This document shows positions 63,801-64,000 of a stretch of 64,000 nt of DNA, in pieces; position 1 is the first letter of the stretch, and every line of letters begins with the position of its first letter. Location: NCBI RefSeq assembly GCF_004010195.1, contig NC_057710.1, positions 60,048,153-60,112,152 on the forward strand. The letters run 5' to 3'. Source of the DNA: Chiloscyllium plagiosum. Its lineage: Eukaryota. The translations under genes were made by a program, and so were the position numbers. The notes under the pieces were generated by a model, which was not told the DNA's origin, did no database searches, and was given only the letters and a program-made list of their open reading frames with translations.

Positions 63801-64000
63801 CGTTAACAAGAGCCTTAATTGATTGCATAGGTCTTGTACCTACAACAAAAAAGTGGGAATCGATATTTGTTACCAATAATGGATGTATCTACTAGATTTC
63901 CAGAGGCCATTCCATTATGCAATTAAAGCTAAAAAGATTTTAGAGAAGTTACTCAAATTTTTCATTAGATATGGACTACCCACAGAGATCAAAGGTCAAC
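60898..64000 (+). mobile_element. Gmr1-type Gypsy LTR retrotransposon, 5' part (LTR ~60898-61496, PBS ~61500-61518, gag, PR, IN), degraded and cut by the window end
   Basis: PBS TGGGGACTCATTGTGGGAT resembles tRNA-Pro. Gag reads PKFEKDVEAFF...W...VKKAIL.AY, with a CCHC remnant at ~62665. Protease ILRDIGS at ~62935, then integrase H-GHLG...FFWP...C..C and IDCIG. Confidence 0.88.

Overview
Vertebrate genomic DNA, most likely from a shark or other elasmobranch (HE1-type V-SINEs, HER1/CR1 LINEs). The window lies inside one minus-strand gene, UBE2R2 (CDC34B). Only two coding exons are present (33596-33682 and 21219-21316); the flanking exons were not found and probably lie outside the window. The introns are almost entirely nested, decayed transposable elements: CR1, Rex1/Babar, a tRNA-headed single-ORF LINE, Penelope-like elements, SINEs, MITEs, solo LTRs and the 5' half of a Gmr1-type Gypsy. 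The most notable object is a ~3.35 kb non-autonomous LTR/ERV-like element (43684-47033, minus strand). It has two LTRs, a Ser-like PBS and a PPT, no recognisable gag/pol/env, and a captured, intron-less, internally deleted RBPMS2-like cDNA behind a candidate splice donor/acceptor pair. Its leader holds an array of T-arm/B-box-like hairpins. Also notable are short fold-back Penelope-derived insertions with minimal hammerhead ribozyme cores and 13-14 bp target-site duplications. All calls are by eye; repeat boundaries are approximate unless a TSD is given.
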